Below, in pieces: positions 29,620-38,855 of a stretch of 64,000 bases of DNA. This DNA comes from a bacterium (GTDB lineage Bacteria > SZUA-182 > DTGQ01). The stretch lies in assembly GCA_040752695.1 (NCBI GenBank), contig JBFMGO010000012.1:1-64000 (forward strand), given 5' to 3'. The position numbers and the translations under genes were made by a program. The notes beneath the pieces were generated by a model. It worked only from the letters and a program-made list of their open reading frames with translations. It did no database searches and had not been told where the DNA came from. The first letter of the stretch is position 1. The number at the start of each line of letters is the position of its first letter.

Positions 29620-30489
29620 TCATAACCGGCCGACAGAAAATACTCCGGTATCGGTCTTCAGGAACAGAGGATCGTGAATATAGTAGGTTCCCTGAATAAT
29701 AGCAGGCAGGGTCAGGGTGGCAGCGCTGAAAGAGCAGTTCAATGTCAATGTGTAGGTGGTGAGGGCCAAGGGGTTAAAGTAGGTTCCGGTAAGAGTGAAG
29801 GTGGGAGCGTTATTATATCCCGATACGTTGATAGATATCGGGATCAGTTTGTTCGCGATTAATCCGGCTGTTCCGGTGATGGTAACAGACAGAATGTCGT
29901 AAACGAGATTCATGGTCATGGTACCGGTATTGGTGGCCAGCGTGCTTGTCCAACTGCCATAATACAATCCGGTGACGTCAGGGAAAATGGGAATGGTAAT
30001 GGACACGGTAGGAGTCACGGTGACGGTAGGTGTGAGAAGAAGACTGGTTCCCGTGCCTCCGGTAGTAAGAAGAACGTCCGATGCCCTGGTCAGGGCTTCA
30101 GAGCCGTTTCCAAGATAATATCTTCCCAATCCTCCGTAACTTCCCAGGCCATAGAGTCCGCCATACAACCCGCCATAGAGTCCGCCATACAACCCGCCAT
30201 AGAGTCCGCCATACAACCCGCCATAAAGTCCGCCATACAACCCGCCATAAAGTCCCCCATAGAGTCCGCCATACAACCCGCCGTAAAGGCCTCCATAGAG
30301 TCCTCCGTAGCCGTAAAGGCCAAGGCCATACAACCCTCCGTAAAGTCCGCCTCCGTAGAGGCTGGTTCCGTAGAGTCCGCCATAACCGTAGCTGTAGTAT
30401 GCGTGGGCAACTCCATGAGTCATGAATAGTGAGGTTGCTGTGAATAATAAAACAATAACTAAAGATTTAACCTGAGTTAAACGAAACAT
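29620..30489 (-). CDS. Secreted Gly/Tyr/Leu-rich (GGLY-repeat) protein with C-terminal beta-rich domain
   Basis: Signal peptide ending AHA, about 13 consecutive GGLY units, then a Thr-rich linker. GGAGG RBS; paralog at 51927. Confidence 0.85.
   Translation of the reverse strand: MFRLTQVKSLVIVLLFTATSLFMTHGVAHAYYSYGYGGLYGTSLYGGGLYGGLYGLGLYGYGGLYGGLYGGLYGGLYGGLYGGLYGGLYGGLYGGLYGGLYGGLYGGLYGGLYGLGSYGGLGRYYLGNGSEALTRASDVLLTTGGTGTSLLLTPTVTVTPTVSITIPIFPDVTGLYYGSWTSTLATNTGTMTMNLVYDILSVTITGTAGLIANKLIPISINVSGYNNAPTFTLTGTYFNPLALTTYTLTLNCSFSAATLTLPAIIQGTYYIHDPLFLKTDTGVFSVGRL
30149..30390 (-). repeat. Coding 12/24-bp tandem repeat (GGLY)n
   Basis: ccatagagtccgccatacaacccg repeated, with synonymous variants. 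Confidence 0.95.
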
Positions 30490-30724
30490 AAATCAGTCCT
30501 CCCATAATAAAAAAGCTTACTCGAACCTGTCTCCCCCGTGAACCTAACATTCCCTAGGAATCTGACAAATAAATATTTGATAACTTTTGAAATTTCGATG
30601 GGTTTTGGTGATCTCAAGGCGCTGGAACTACTATAGGAACTCAACGAGAATAGGCATTTGACTGCTGTATAATGAGAGACGGACCCACCGCAAAAAAAAT
30701 TACTCAAAAAGGTGAAGGCCTGCT

Positions 30725-31192
30725 TCATTTATTGAGCACGGTAATCACTTCGGCTGGCCGGATAACCTCTCCATCCTTTCTTTTATATCCTTTTCGCAGT
30801 ACGGAAAGGATCTTTTCATTCTCCTGGCCAGGAGATGCTTTTGTTTCCACTATCTTGCAGAGTCCGAAGACAGCCTTGTTATCTGGAAATTCGATCTGCT
30901 CTATTCCCCGTTGAAGGAGCACTCTCTGGATTTTCCTGTAGATGGAGCGAAAACTTTTCAGGGCCATCTGGGCAGGCCTGTCCCACTGTGCTTCCTTTTC
31001 TTCAATGCTTTGGAACACGTTTTCGAAGGAATCGAGGATCTCGAAAAGTTCCAGGTACAGCTCCTTTTCCCCCCTGGAGTGCTCATTTTGGAGGGAGGTA
31101 AGGGTAAAGGAAAGGTCCGCGATTTGCTTTTGAAAATGGATCAACTTATGACGGATAAATTCCCTGGCCATATGCAACTCTGTTACCGGCAA
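30725..31192 (-). CDS. GrpE-like nucleotide exchange factor
   Basis: Helical N-terminal part (LFEILDSFE) and C-terminal VLRKGY...VIRPAEVITV. Confidence 0.85.
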   Translation of the reverse strand: MPVTELHMAREFIRHKLIHFQKQIADLSFTLTSLQNEHSRGEKELYLELFEILDSFENVFQSIEEKEAQWDRPAQMALKSFRSIYRKIQRVLLQRGIEQIEFPDNKAVFGLCKIVETKASPGQENEKILSVLRKGYKRKDGEVIRPAEVITVLNK

Positions 31193-31498
31193 TTATTCCC
31201 CTTGAAATTTATCAAAGCAATGAAGTAATGGGAGATCCTGAATACTGGTTTCACCCTGTATTTCGTCCTGTGATCGTTTGACCTCTGATTGAATCTCCTG
31301 AGTCCACGTTTGACTATCCAGAAAATAAACAAATTCGGCTATCTTCCGGGTGCACGGGTTCATCAGTTCTTTTTGAGCGTCAGCGATTTCCCGGGCTGTA
31401 AATTCTTTTCTCTGCAAGGCCAGGGGTACTGCCTGCATGATTTCCTGCCGGGTGGCATCTTTTGGTATCTTCAAAACACGATAGGGGTTCATTTTCAC
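31193..31498 (-). CDS. J-domain-like small protein lacking HPD
   Basis: NPYRVLKIPKDATRQEI resembles J-domain helices I-II and IADAQKELMNPCTR resembles helix III. No HPD tripeptide. Confidence 0.7.
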   Translation of the reverse strand: MKMNPYRVLKIPKDATRQEIMQAVPLALQRKEFTAREIADAQKELMNPCTRKIAEFVYFLDSQTWTQEIQSEVKRSQDEIQGETSIQDLPLLHCFDKFQGE

Positions 31499-31537
31499 GT
31501 TTCCTCTTCCGGTTTATGCAGCCTGTTCCAGTCCGGC

Positions 31538-33781
31538 TTATATCTCCAGGTCCTTCAGTTCTTCAGCGATGTCTTCAAGAACGGGGTGGGAGGGATCGAC
31601 TCTCTCACACTGGTGATAGAGGTCCCTCAGGAAGAGAATCTTTTTTTCGCGATCCAGGAGTGGACTATCCAATTCTTCCAGAACGACATCGATAAAATCA
31701 AAAAATGCTTCCTCTGCCTCATCACTCTCGGCATTGATCGTGATCGTGGCGGCTTTTTTCACGTTTCCTTTGTCCAGTGCTCTGGTTAATTCCTCCAGAG
31801 CCTGCCTGGAGTGCATTTCCTGAAGCCCGCTCCTGGCAAATTCATTGCCGGGGTGAAGTTCCAGCGCCTTCTTTAAGATGCGCTCGACATCCTGTACTTT
31901 AATCAGCCCTGCAGAATACAATACGTTCGCTTTATAGCTCATGATATAGGAGGTGATTTCTAAAAGCTCACTGGATGTAATATGGCGGATCAAAACCTGC
32001 AACACTTCATCCATACTGATCAGTTTTTCCTGATTGTCTCCGATACCCTGGGCCAGGCGGATGATTTCTTTTTCGTATTCCTTGAACCTCTGAATCAGAG
32101 GGACGGCCTGAGTGAAGTATTTTTTCAGGTTGGTTTCACCTTTTTGCAGCCTCTCCATGCCCAGCCGGAAAAAAATTCTCTGGCGGCAGTAGTTCACGAA
32201 CTCATCCTCTTTTTGGGCAGGAAGTGCAGCCATGGCCTCTTCAACCCTGTCCTTTTGAAGCAGCAGGAGGCTCATTCTGGCGGCAGAGAATGAGGCCCCG
32301 ACAATCCAGAAACGCTCATCGTTTTCCCACCGCGGTCTTACCTCCCGCAATATGGCAAGGATGGAAGAGGAATGCCCGAAGCGTTCGGCAAAAGCGGGTG
32401 TGCATAGGGCATGACGCAGTTGGGCCGGCTTTGGGTCTTGCGCTTGCGTGATTTCACGAAGAAAGGTAACGGCCATTTGCTCTATTTCCCAGTGGGCCAG
32501 TATCTCCTTCAGCCTTCCTTCTTCCTCCTGCCTGGTCTCCCTCTGTCTGGTTTCTCCCTGCCTGGTTTTCCCCAGGCTGATTTCTCCCTGCCCTGATTTT
32601 TTCTGCCCTGTTTCTTTTTGCCTGGTTTTATAGTGTTGGATCAACTGATCAAGCTTTTGCTGAAGATTCAAGGTCAACTGATCCTGACCTTCTGCCGTGG
32701 GCAAATCTTTCTGATCACGCAGATTGAAGGGAGCCAGATACTTCGGATTATGGATGACAGTCAGCCAGAAGGTGATGGCCTCCGGCAGGTATTCGGCGTT
32801 GGTCTCAGCCAGGCGATAGTAAACCTTGGCCAGGATAACGGGCAGGAATTCCTCGCTCTCTCCGCTCTCCTGCAAAGGGATCGGATGTCGAACGGACAAA
32901 AAATCCAGTATGGCTTCGAATTTTCCCTGTTGCCACAATTCCTCGAGGTGATGGAGGCGCATGGACCTGACACACTGCCGCACAAGGGAAAGAGCAGGAT
33001 AACAGGAAAGGAGATTGACCGCTTCCTGATAGGCAGACTCAAATTCCCCCTCCAGCCTCGATCTATGCAAAAGATCACGGACCGCTATCTCCAGGAGTTT
33101 TTCCCTCTGCCGGTTCAATTCCGGCCTGGCCTGACCGATCATCTCCCATTGCCTGAGTGCCTCGCCGTAGTGCCCGAGTCTGGCCAGGGCATATCCGGCA
33201 TAGTATCGAATTTCCGGGTCCTTTGAAAGTGATTGTTCCAGGAGCCAGGCTGCTTCGGTATACGACCCCTGCTTCACCAGGCAGATTCCCATACGGTCTT
33301 TCGCTTGCGGATTATCCTCCCATTCCAGCACTTCCTTGTAGCGCTCTATCGCCTCGGCGTATCGCCGTTCGGCTTCGAGCCGAAAGCCAGGGTCCAGGGT
33401 CGGTTTCGGCAATTTGCTTTGCAGTTTTTCGGCTAGTATCCGGATTTCCCTGTTTTCCCATGCTTCCAGGGACCGCTGGAAAGTCTTGAAGGCATCCTTC
33501 AGCTTTTTTTCCCGCTCCAGTTGATAGCCCTGCCTCATCAAATCCTGAGCCAGGGCCATCCGTCCTGCATTCTCCTCGCAGGCATGAATCCGATTTTGGA
33601 GCTCTTCGGACGGATATATCTGCTGTGCCTCGGTAAAGTGATGCCTGGCTGATCCGAACTTCTCTTTTTGGAAAAGCTTTTCCGCCTTTTCCAGAAGTTC
33701 CTGGTATTTTTTCCTGTTTGCGCGATCGTCAGGGGGACTCTGGCCGAACTCAATCTTTTTTTCTTGAGAGCTTTGTCCCAT
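31538..33781 (-). CDS. TPR-repeat protein
   Basis: Multiple TPR-like helical pairs (YAEAIERYKEVLEWE, AGYALARLGHYGEAL, LKKALELHPGNEFA) and an internal 5-aa low-complexity tract. Confidence 0.85.
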   Translation of the reverse strand: MGQSSQEKKIEFGQSPPDDRANRKKYQELLEKAEKLFQKEKFGSARHHFTEAQQIYPSEELQNRIHACEENAGRMALAQDLMRQGYQLEREKKLKDAFKTFQRSLEAWENREIRILAEKLQSKLPKPTLDPGFRLEAERRYAEAIERYKEVLEWEDNPQAKDRMGICLVKQGSYTEAAWLLEQSLSKDPEIRYYAGYALARLGHYGEALRQWEMIGQARPELNRQREKLLEIAVRDLLHRSRLEGEFESAYQEAVNLLSCYPALSLVRQCVRSMRLHHLEELWQQGKFEAILDFLSVRHPIPLQESGESEEFLPVILAKVYYRLAETNAEYLPEAITFWLTVIHNPKYLAPFNLRDQKDLPTAEGQDQLTLNLQQKLDQLIQHYKTRQKETGQKKSGQGEISLGKTRQGETRQRETRQEEEGRLKEILAHWEIEQMAVTFLREITQAQDPKPAQLRHALCTPAFAERFGHSSSILAILREVRPRWENDERFWIVGASFSAARMSLLLLQKDRVEEAMAALPAQKEDEFVNYCRQRIFFRLGMERLQKGETNLKKYFTQAVPLIQRFKEYEKEIIRLAQGIGDNQEKLISMDEVLQVLIRHITSSELLEITSYIMSYKANVLYSAGLIKVQDVERILKKALELHPGNEFARSGLQEMHSRQALEELTRALDKGNVKKAATITINAESDEAEEAFFDFIDVVLEELDSPLLDREKKILFLRDLYHQCERVDPSHPVLEDIAEELKDLEI

Positions 33782-33836
33782 AGTATGATTTCCCTCTCTG
33801 TTCTCTCTTACTTATGTGTTTCTTTGTACCTTTTTC

Positions 33837-34676
33837 TTATGACAGGTCGGGCAGAAGGACCTTTATCCTTTGACCGGGTTCAAGATGCAGGTCGGGATTC
33901 ATCCGCTGGATTGTGGAGAACTGGTCGCCGGATTTGTAAAATTTACTGGATAGAGTCACCGGAGTATCACCTGCCTGGACCTGATACCACAGATAGACAT
34001 ATTGCCCTTGGCGCTCGACGGAGCGGTTAAAGGCAGAAACGGCATCTTTTGGGTTTTCCAATATCTTAAGCCTTTGTCCGGCTTTTATTTTATAGATATC
34101 TATCTGAGGATTCATAACCAGCAAAACCGGATAGTAGCGGCCGGACTGGTAAAACCGCTCTGATATCCCCCACAGGGTGTCGGTGTCCGTAGTTTCATAC
34201 CAGAAAAATTGGGCGGCCAGCGGTGTTACGGTCTGTTCTTTCTCTTCAGCCGGGAGACGTTCTCTGTCTTCATCAGGCTGAGTGTCTGCCCTGCTCTGTG
34301 CCGGTCTGCTGCTCTGAGTCGGACCGCTTTGATCCGGCCTGCTCTGGGCCGGGCCTTCTTCTCCCTGCTCAACCTTTCTCATCAGTGTCTGCACTGACCG
34401 GTCAACAATTTTTAGATATTCCTGATTACTCCTCAGGGTTTGGGTGATCATAACGTTTTGGTGAAGCATCCATCCCATGCCCGTCAGGATAAAAAGGGCC
34501 AGCAGCGCTTTCAGCCACATAGGCATCCTTTTCTGTGCCGGTTTGCCCGCTTCGTGTTCCGACAATGCATCCAGCACCTGAAAGCAGGTCAGATCCGCAT
34601 TGCATTGGGGGCACTTTTGCCTGTCTTGTGGAATCTGCTCTTTTCCGCAGACCGGACAGTGTTGGGTTTTGTGCAT
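33837..34676 (-). CDS. Zinc ribbon + TM + two LysM-like domains
   Basis: CPVC...CPQC at the N-terminus, TM WLKALLALFILTGMGW, then LysM-like DTLWGISERFY...NP...AGQRLKI and GDTPVTLSSKFY...NP...PGQRIKV. Confidence 0.82.
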   Translation of the reverse strand: MHKTQHCPVCGKEQIPQDRQKCPQCNADLTCFQVLDALSEHEAGKPAQKRMPMWLKALLALFILTGMGWMLHQNVMITQTLRSNQEYLKIVDRSVQTLMRKVEQGEEGPAQSRPDQSGPTQSSRPAQSRADTQPDEDRERLPAEEKEQTVTPLAAQFFWYETTDTDTLWGISERFYQSGRYYPVLLVMNPQIDIYKIKAGQRLKILENPKDAVSAFNRSVERQGQYVYLWYQVQAGDTPVTLSSKFYKSGDQFSTIQRMNPDLHLEPGQRIKVLLPDLS

Positions 34677-34678
34677 TT

Positions 34679-37033
34679 TTATTTGGTTATTCCTTTCTCG
34701 ACTTTTATTGACCGGGATCTTTCCATCTCAGCGACCTTCCTGACCTCCGGCATGATTTCCTTAGCCAGGCTGCTGAATTTCTCGAAATCCAATTTTTCCA
34801 GACTTGTCTGAATGTCCTGCATGTAGCTCAGAATCCGCTCCGCCTGCGGGGAATTGTTCTCCCGGTAATAGTCGTAGGCCCTCTCCAGCTCCATGAAAAA
34901 TAAGGCCAAAGGGTGCTTGTCCATCTCGCGGTTCAAATCCGCGGTAGAGGCAAGGGTTTCTTCGTAACTGCCTTCCCTGCTGCTCTTCTCCAGGTTCTCA
35001 AGGGCGGTTTCCATCGGCTTTACTTCATCTGGATTCATAAAGGGGCGGCAATGATAGAGCATGGCCTTGGCGTAATTGATTGTCCCCCAGGGAGACTCGC
35101 CGGTTTCCAGAATTTTGTTGGCTTTATCCAGCTTCTGGCTGGCCTTTTGGCAGATCTCCTCGTGCACTTCGCCGGTTTCAGGATCGACGATGTGGTTGAT
35201 ATCCTGAATAATATCAACTGAGCGGGCGATAAAATCGTGTACAGCATAATAATGGTGCTTGGCAATATTCACATTCCGGATGGCTTCTTCCAGGGACAGA
35301 AAGAGCCTCTCGTCCGCTTTCCCCCGGGAAAGCGTCCGGGAGACATGGACATCCGGATGGTCCTTCATTCTTCCTGATACTTCGATAATGTTGTTTTCAT
35401 CTATGCGAAAATCACAGATTATCTCCGGTCTTGCTTCCTTTTTCTGCGCTCCCGGCTCTCGCAGTTCAGGCTTGGTGTCAATACCGAGCCACAAATCACC
35501 GATGGGCTCCTCGACATCGTTTACCAGATTGAAAAATTTCAGGTGGACGAGTTTTTGTTCAGGATCGACCAGTTGGAAAATCTCTGTTTTCTCTATAGGC
35601 AAGGGAGTATTTTTTTCTACCAGGCGGTAGCGGGGGTTGTTTTCCAGATAGATATAATAATCATGCGCTGCGGAATGAACGATGTCCACCACACCGGTTT
35701 CTATCAGGTACTGGTCGAGATCGAATCCACAGTGCCTGCATGTTTTATCATCCTGAGTCGCCTCCTGGCCGCACTGGGGACATTCATAGCTTTCCGACAG
35801 CCGGTGGGAAAGAATCGCTGCCCCTTCGGCCACGGATAACATGGGCTTTTGATGAATCATGACCTTGTCGGCCCCGTATTTTTCCTTTACCTTCTCCTGT
35901 ACCAGAGGGATGCAGGATGATCCGCCGACAAGCAGAACCTTATCGATCATTTCCTGAGTGAAGTGCAGACCGGCGAGTATACCATCCATCAACTGGATGC
36001 TCCGCTCGACGAGGGGCAGAATCAGGGTATTAAACTCCTGACGGGTTATTTGTGCCTCTACATTCAGGATATTTCCCTCTTCGTCTTTCAGGATGCCCAG
36101 GATGTCAAGATAAGCCGTCTCCTGGTCACTGAGCTGAATTTTCGCTCTCTCCACCTTTTCGCGCAATTCACCCAGAAAGCGATTTTTTTGTTCCTGGGGG
36201 AGTTTTGAGATGAGCTCCTTCACCTTTACCCCGGGGTAATCCTTCTCGATCAGGCCGAAAACATGCTCCATCAAAAGGTTGTCGATATCGTTACCGCCCA
36301 TCCACATGTCTCCGCCCTTGGCCTGTTCGATGAATTGTCCGTCAGCCATGGTCAAAACCGAAATATCGAATGTTCCACCTCCAAAGTCATAGACCAGGAT
36401 GGTATTGATATTTTTCCCCCTGGTCTGATCGACGCCAAAGGAGATGGCTGCTGCGGTCGGCTCTGACAAAAGACGCTGTACCTTGAAACCGGCCAGCGCT
36501 GCGGCAGTTCTTGTGTCGTGCTTTTGTTTGTCGTTGAAGTAAGAGGGTATGGTGATAACTGCGTGAGTTACCTCTTCCCCCAGGGATTTTTCAGCATCCT
36601 CCTTGATCTTTTTTAAGATCAGGGAGGAGATGTGTTCCGGTGTGTGCTCCTTATGGTTGAGTACTACGGCGATACCCTGCTCTGTACCGGTCGATGGCTG
36701 TTTGATTCGATAACTGACCTTATGCTCCCTGACAATCTTTTGCACCTCCTCGTTCGTAAAGCTGCGCCCGATGATGCGCTTGATGGAAACAATGGTATTT
36801 TCAGGGTCCTGCTTCATCCAGGCCAGGGCATCCCTGCCGACAACATACTGCCCGTCTCTTTGCGTTACACACGAGGGTGTTAGTTCTTCGCTCTCGGCAT
36901 TTTTGAGGATTTCCGTATAGACCCTCTTGATTCCGAATACGGTATTGGTCGTACCAAGGTCTATCCCTATGGCTTTTCCCGTCTTTGCTTCTTGTTTTGT
37001 CTTTCCAAAAAAGGAATTAAATAAGCTCCCCAT
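34679..37033 (-). CDS. Specialised Hsp70 family protein with internal zinc ribbon
   Basis: IGIDLGTTNT, EPTAAA, VYDFGGGTFDIS and LLVGGSS; CPQC...CRHC follows the ATPase domain; the C-terminal half is divergent. Confidence 0.93.
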   Translation of the reverse strand: MGSLFNSFFGKTKQEAKTGKAIGIDLGTTNTVFGIKRVYTEILKNAESEELTPSCVTQRDGQYVVGRDALAWMKQDPENTIVSIKRIIGRSFTNEEVQKIVREHKVSYRIKQPSTGTEQGIAVVLNHKEHTPEHISSLILKKIKEDAEKSLGEEVTHAVITIPSYFNDKQKHDTRTAAALAGFKVQRLLSEPTAAAISFGVDQTRGKNINTILVYDFGGGTFDISVLTMADGQFIEQAKGGDMWMGGNDIDNLLMEHVFGLIEKDYPGVKVKELISKLPQEQKNRFLGELREKVERAKIQLSDQETAYLDILGILKDEEGNILNVEAQITRQEFNTLILPLVERSIQLMDGILAGLHFTQEMIDKVLLVGGSSCIPLVQEKVKEKYGADKVMIHQKPMLSVAEGAAILSHRLSESYECPQCGQEATQDDKTCRHCGFDLDQYLIETGVVDIVHSAAHDYYIYLENNPRYRLVEKNTPLPIEKTEIFQLVDPEQKLVHLKFFNLVNDVEEPIGDLWLGIDTKPELREPGAQKKEARPEIICDFRIDENNIIEVSGRMKDHPDVHVSRTLSRGKADERLFLSLEEAIRNVNIAKHHYYAVHDFIARSVDIIQDINHIVDPETGEVHEEICQKASQKLDKANKILETGESPWGTINYAKAMLYHCRPFMNPDEVKPMETALENLEKSSREGSYEETLASTADLNREMDKHPLALFFMELERAYDYYRENNSPQAERILSYMQDIQTSLEKLDFEKFSSLAKEIMPEVRKVAEMERSRSIKVEKGITK

Positions 37034-37322
37034 TTTTTTCTCTCCTGTTATCCTCGACAGGGAAGATATTCTCTCTTTCTCTCTTGTCTGGCCCCCCTCT
37101 CGTCAATTCTCCCCAGTCAGTTTTTTATTATAGCATAAGAGCACAAATTTCAAAACCTTTCTTTCCGGATTCTGAATGTTGGTGGCTGAAGGCAGGATCC
37201 TCGATTTGCGATTTCTCCGCCTTTCGTTCTCTTTTCCTGGGTGTATTGACTTTCTTTATGATATAATACCTCGAAGTCAACAGTGAACTTAATCCAGCCA
37301 GGAGTGAGGGTTGTAAAATACT

Positions 37323-37859
37323 ATGAGCATTCGTACGGATAGTATTATAACGGGTATTATTATTGTCAGTGATAAGGGCGCCAGGGGGGAGAGAGTTGAC
37401 CAAAGCGGGCCAGCCATGAAGGACCTCCTCAAGGCGCAGCAGAATCAAACCTATCATGTAGTTCGTTCTCAGATCGTGCCTGATGAGAAAGAGGCTATCC
37501 AAAAAGCCATTATTCAGTTTTCCGAGGCTGATCCGGTATGTGATTTGATCCTGACCAGCGGAGGAACGGGCCTGAGCCCCCGCGACGTAACTCCCGAGGC
37601 AACGCAAGAGGTAGTGGACCGCCTTGTGCCCGGTTTTGCCGAAGCCATGAGGATGCACAGTCTTTTGTCCAATCCCCATGCCATGATCTCCCGGGCCATC
37701 TGCGGCACGCGAGGCGAGTCGCTCATTTTGAATCTGCCGGGGAGCCCGAATGGGGCCAGAGAATGCCTGGAAGTCGCTCTACCGGCCATCCCCCATGCCA
37801 TTGCCAAGCTAAAAGGAGATCCAAGCGATTGCGGGGGCGGGGGTAACCATGCCGTTTAG
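37323..37859 (+). CDS. mog: Molybdopterin adenylyltransferase (MogA/MoaB family)
   Basis: VSDKG, TSGGTGLSPRDVTPEAT and LNLPGSP. Confidence 0.9.
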   Translation: MSIRTDSIITGIIIVSDKGARGERVDQSGPAMKDLLKAQQNQTYHVVRSQIVPDEKEAIQKAIIQFSEADPVCDLILTSGGTGLSPRDVTPEATQEVVDRLVPGFAEAMRMHSLLSNPHAMISRAICGTRGESLILNLPGSPNGARECLEVALPAIPHAIAKLKGDPSDCGGGGNHAV

Positions 37860-38829
37860 CCAGATTATCGGCCAGGCCAGGGCCATCCGTCCTTTGCAAA
37901 ACTCCCTGATGAAAGGAGCTATTTCGCATGCCTATCTTTTCGTCGGTCCCGATGGCGTTGGGAAAAAACTCACTGCCTTCGGTCTTGCCAAGGCTGTCAA
38001 TTGCCTGCAAACGGTGGGGGATTTTTGCGGAAGCTGTGACGCATGCCGCAGAATCGAAAAGGGAATCCATCCGGACATCTTCTTCATTGAGCCGGATGGG
38101 GTAAAACTGAAGATTGATCAGTTCAGAGATCTGCAAGCCTCCATCCGGTACCGGCCCTATCTGGCCAGAAAAAAAGTGTGCATTATCGATCAGGCGGACC
38201 GGATGACTGTTCCTGCTGCCAATTCGATTCTCAAGACCCTCGAAGAGCCACCGGCGGATACCATGATGGTTTTGGTGGCCTCGAGCCTTGACCAGATTCT
38301 GCCAACCATTCGCTCCCGGTGCAGGATGGTGCAATTTTCGCCTCTTTCCATGGGTGATCTGGAAAGACTGATCACGGAGAAGATGGCCATTTCTCCTGAT
38401 AAGGCCCGTCTGTTGGCCATTCTGGCCGGAGGAAGCCTTGGAAAGGCATTGAACCTTGACCTTGCCAGTCTCAAGGAGAAGCGGGAAGAGATCTTTCACC
38501 TGATGAAACATCTCGGGTCACCAGAAGGGGTAGAGGTTTTGTTCGATCAGGCCAAAAAGCTGGCTGAAGGGAAAAATCCCGAAGACCTTCAGCAGGTGCT
38601 TGACCTTTGGATATACTGGTATTATGATCTTTGGAAATATCAGATAACCGGCGACGGAAAAAAACTGATCAACCAGGATCAGATGGAAAACATTTATCAG
38701 CAGTCCCGGATGTTGCCAGGCTGTCAAATTGAAAAAAACATTCAATTGATCGAGCAAACGTGCGCCGCACTCCAGCACAACGCGAATAAGCACCTGGCAC
38801 TGGAGACCATGATGATGGGGCTGTTGTAA
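37849..38829 (+). CDS. holB: DNA polymerase III delta-prime subunit
   Basis: HAYLFVGPDGVGK, Zn motif CGSCDAC, HPD, LKTLEEPP and LPTIRSRC. Confidence 0.95.
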   Translation: MPFSQIIGQARAIRPLQNSLMKGAISHAYLFVGPDGVGKKLTAFGLAKAVNCLQTVGDFCGSCDACRRIEKGIHPDIFFIEPDGVKLKIDQFRDLQASIRYRPYLARKKVCIIDQADRMTVPAANSILKTLEEPPADTMMVLVASSLDQILPTIRSRCRMVQFSPLSMGDLERLITEKMAISPDKARLLAILAGGSLGKALNLDLASLKEKREEIFHLMKHLGSPEGVEVLFDQAKKLAEGKNPEDLQQVLDLWIYWYYDLWKYQITGDGKKLINQDQMENIYQQSRMLPGCQIEKNIQLIEQTCAALQHNANKHLALETMMMGLL

Positions 38830-38855
38830 ATTATCAAAACAGGACAACGATAGAT

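Noticed and set aside
30081..30425. Alternative-frame ORFs with HRVRHTTR or MADSMAGC repeats
   Set aside because: Shadows of the GGLY repeat; only the GGLY frame has an RBS, a signal peptide and a paralog.
34679..37033. Housekeeping dnaK
   Set aside because: Lacks the DVLLLD linker and typical substrate-binding motifs and carries a zinc ribbon, so no gene symbol was assigned.
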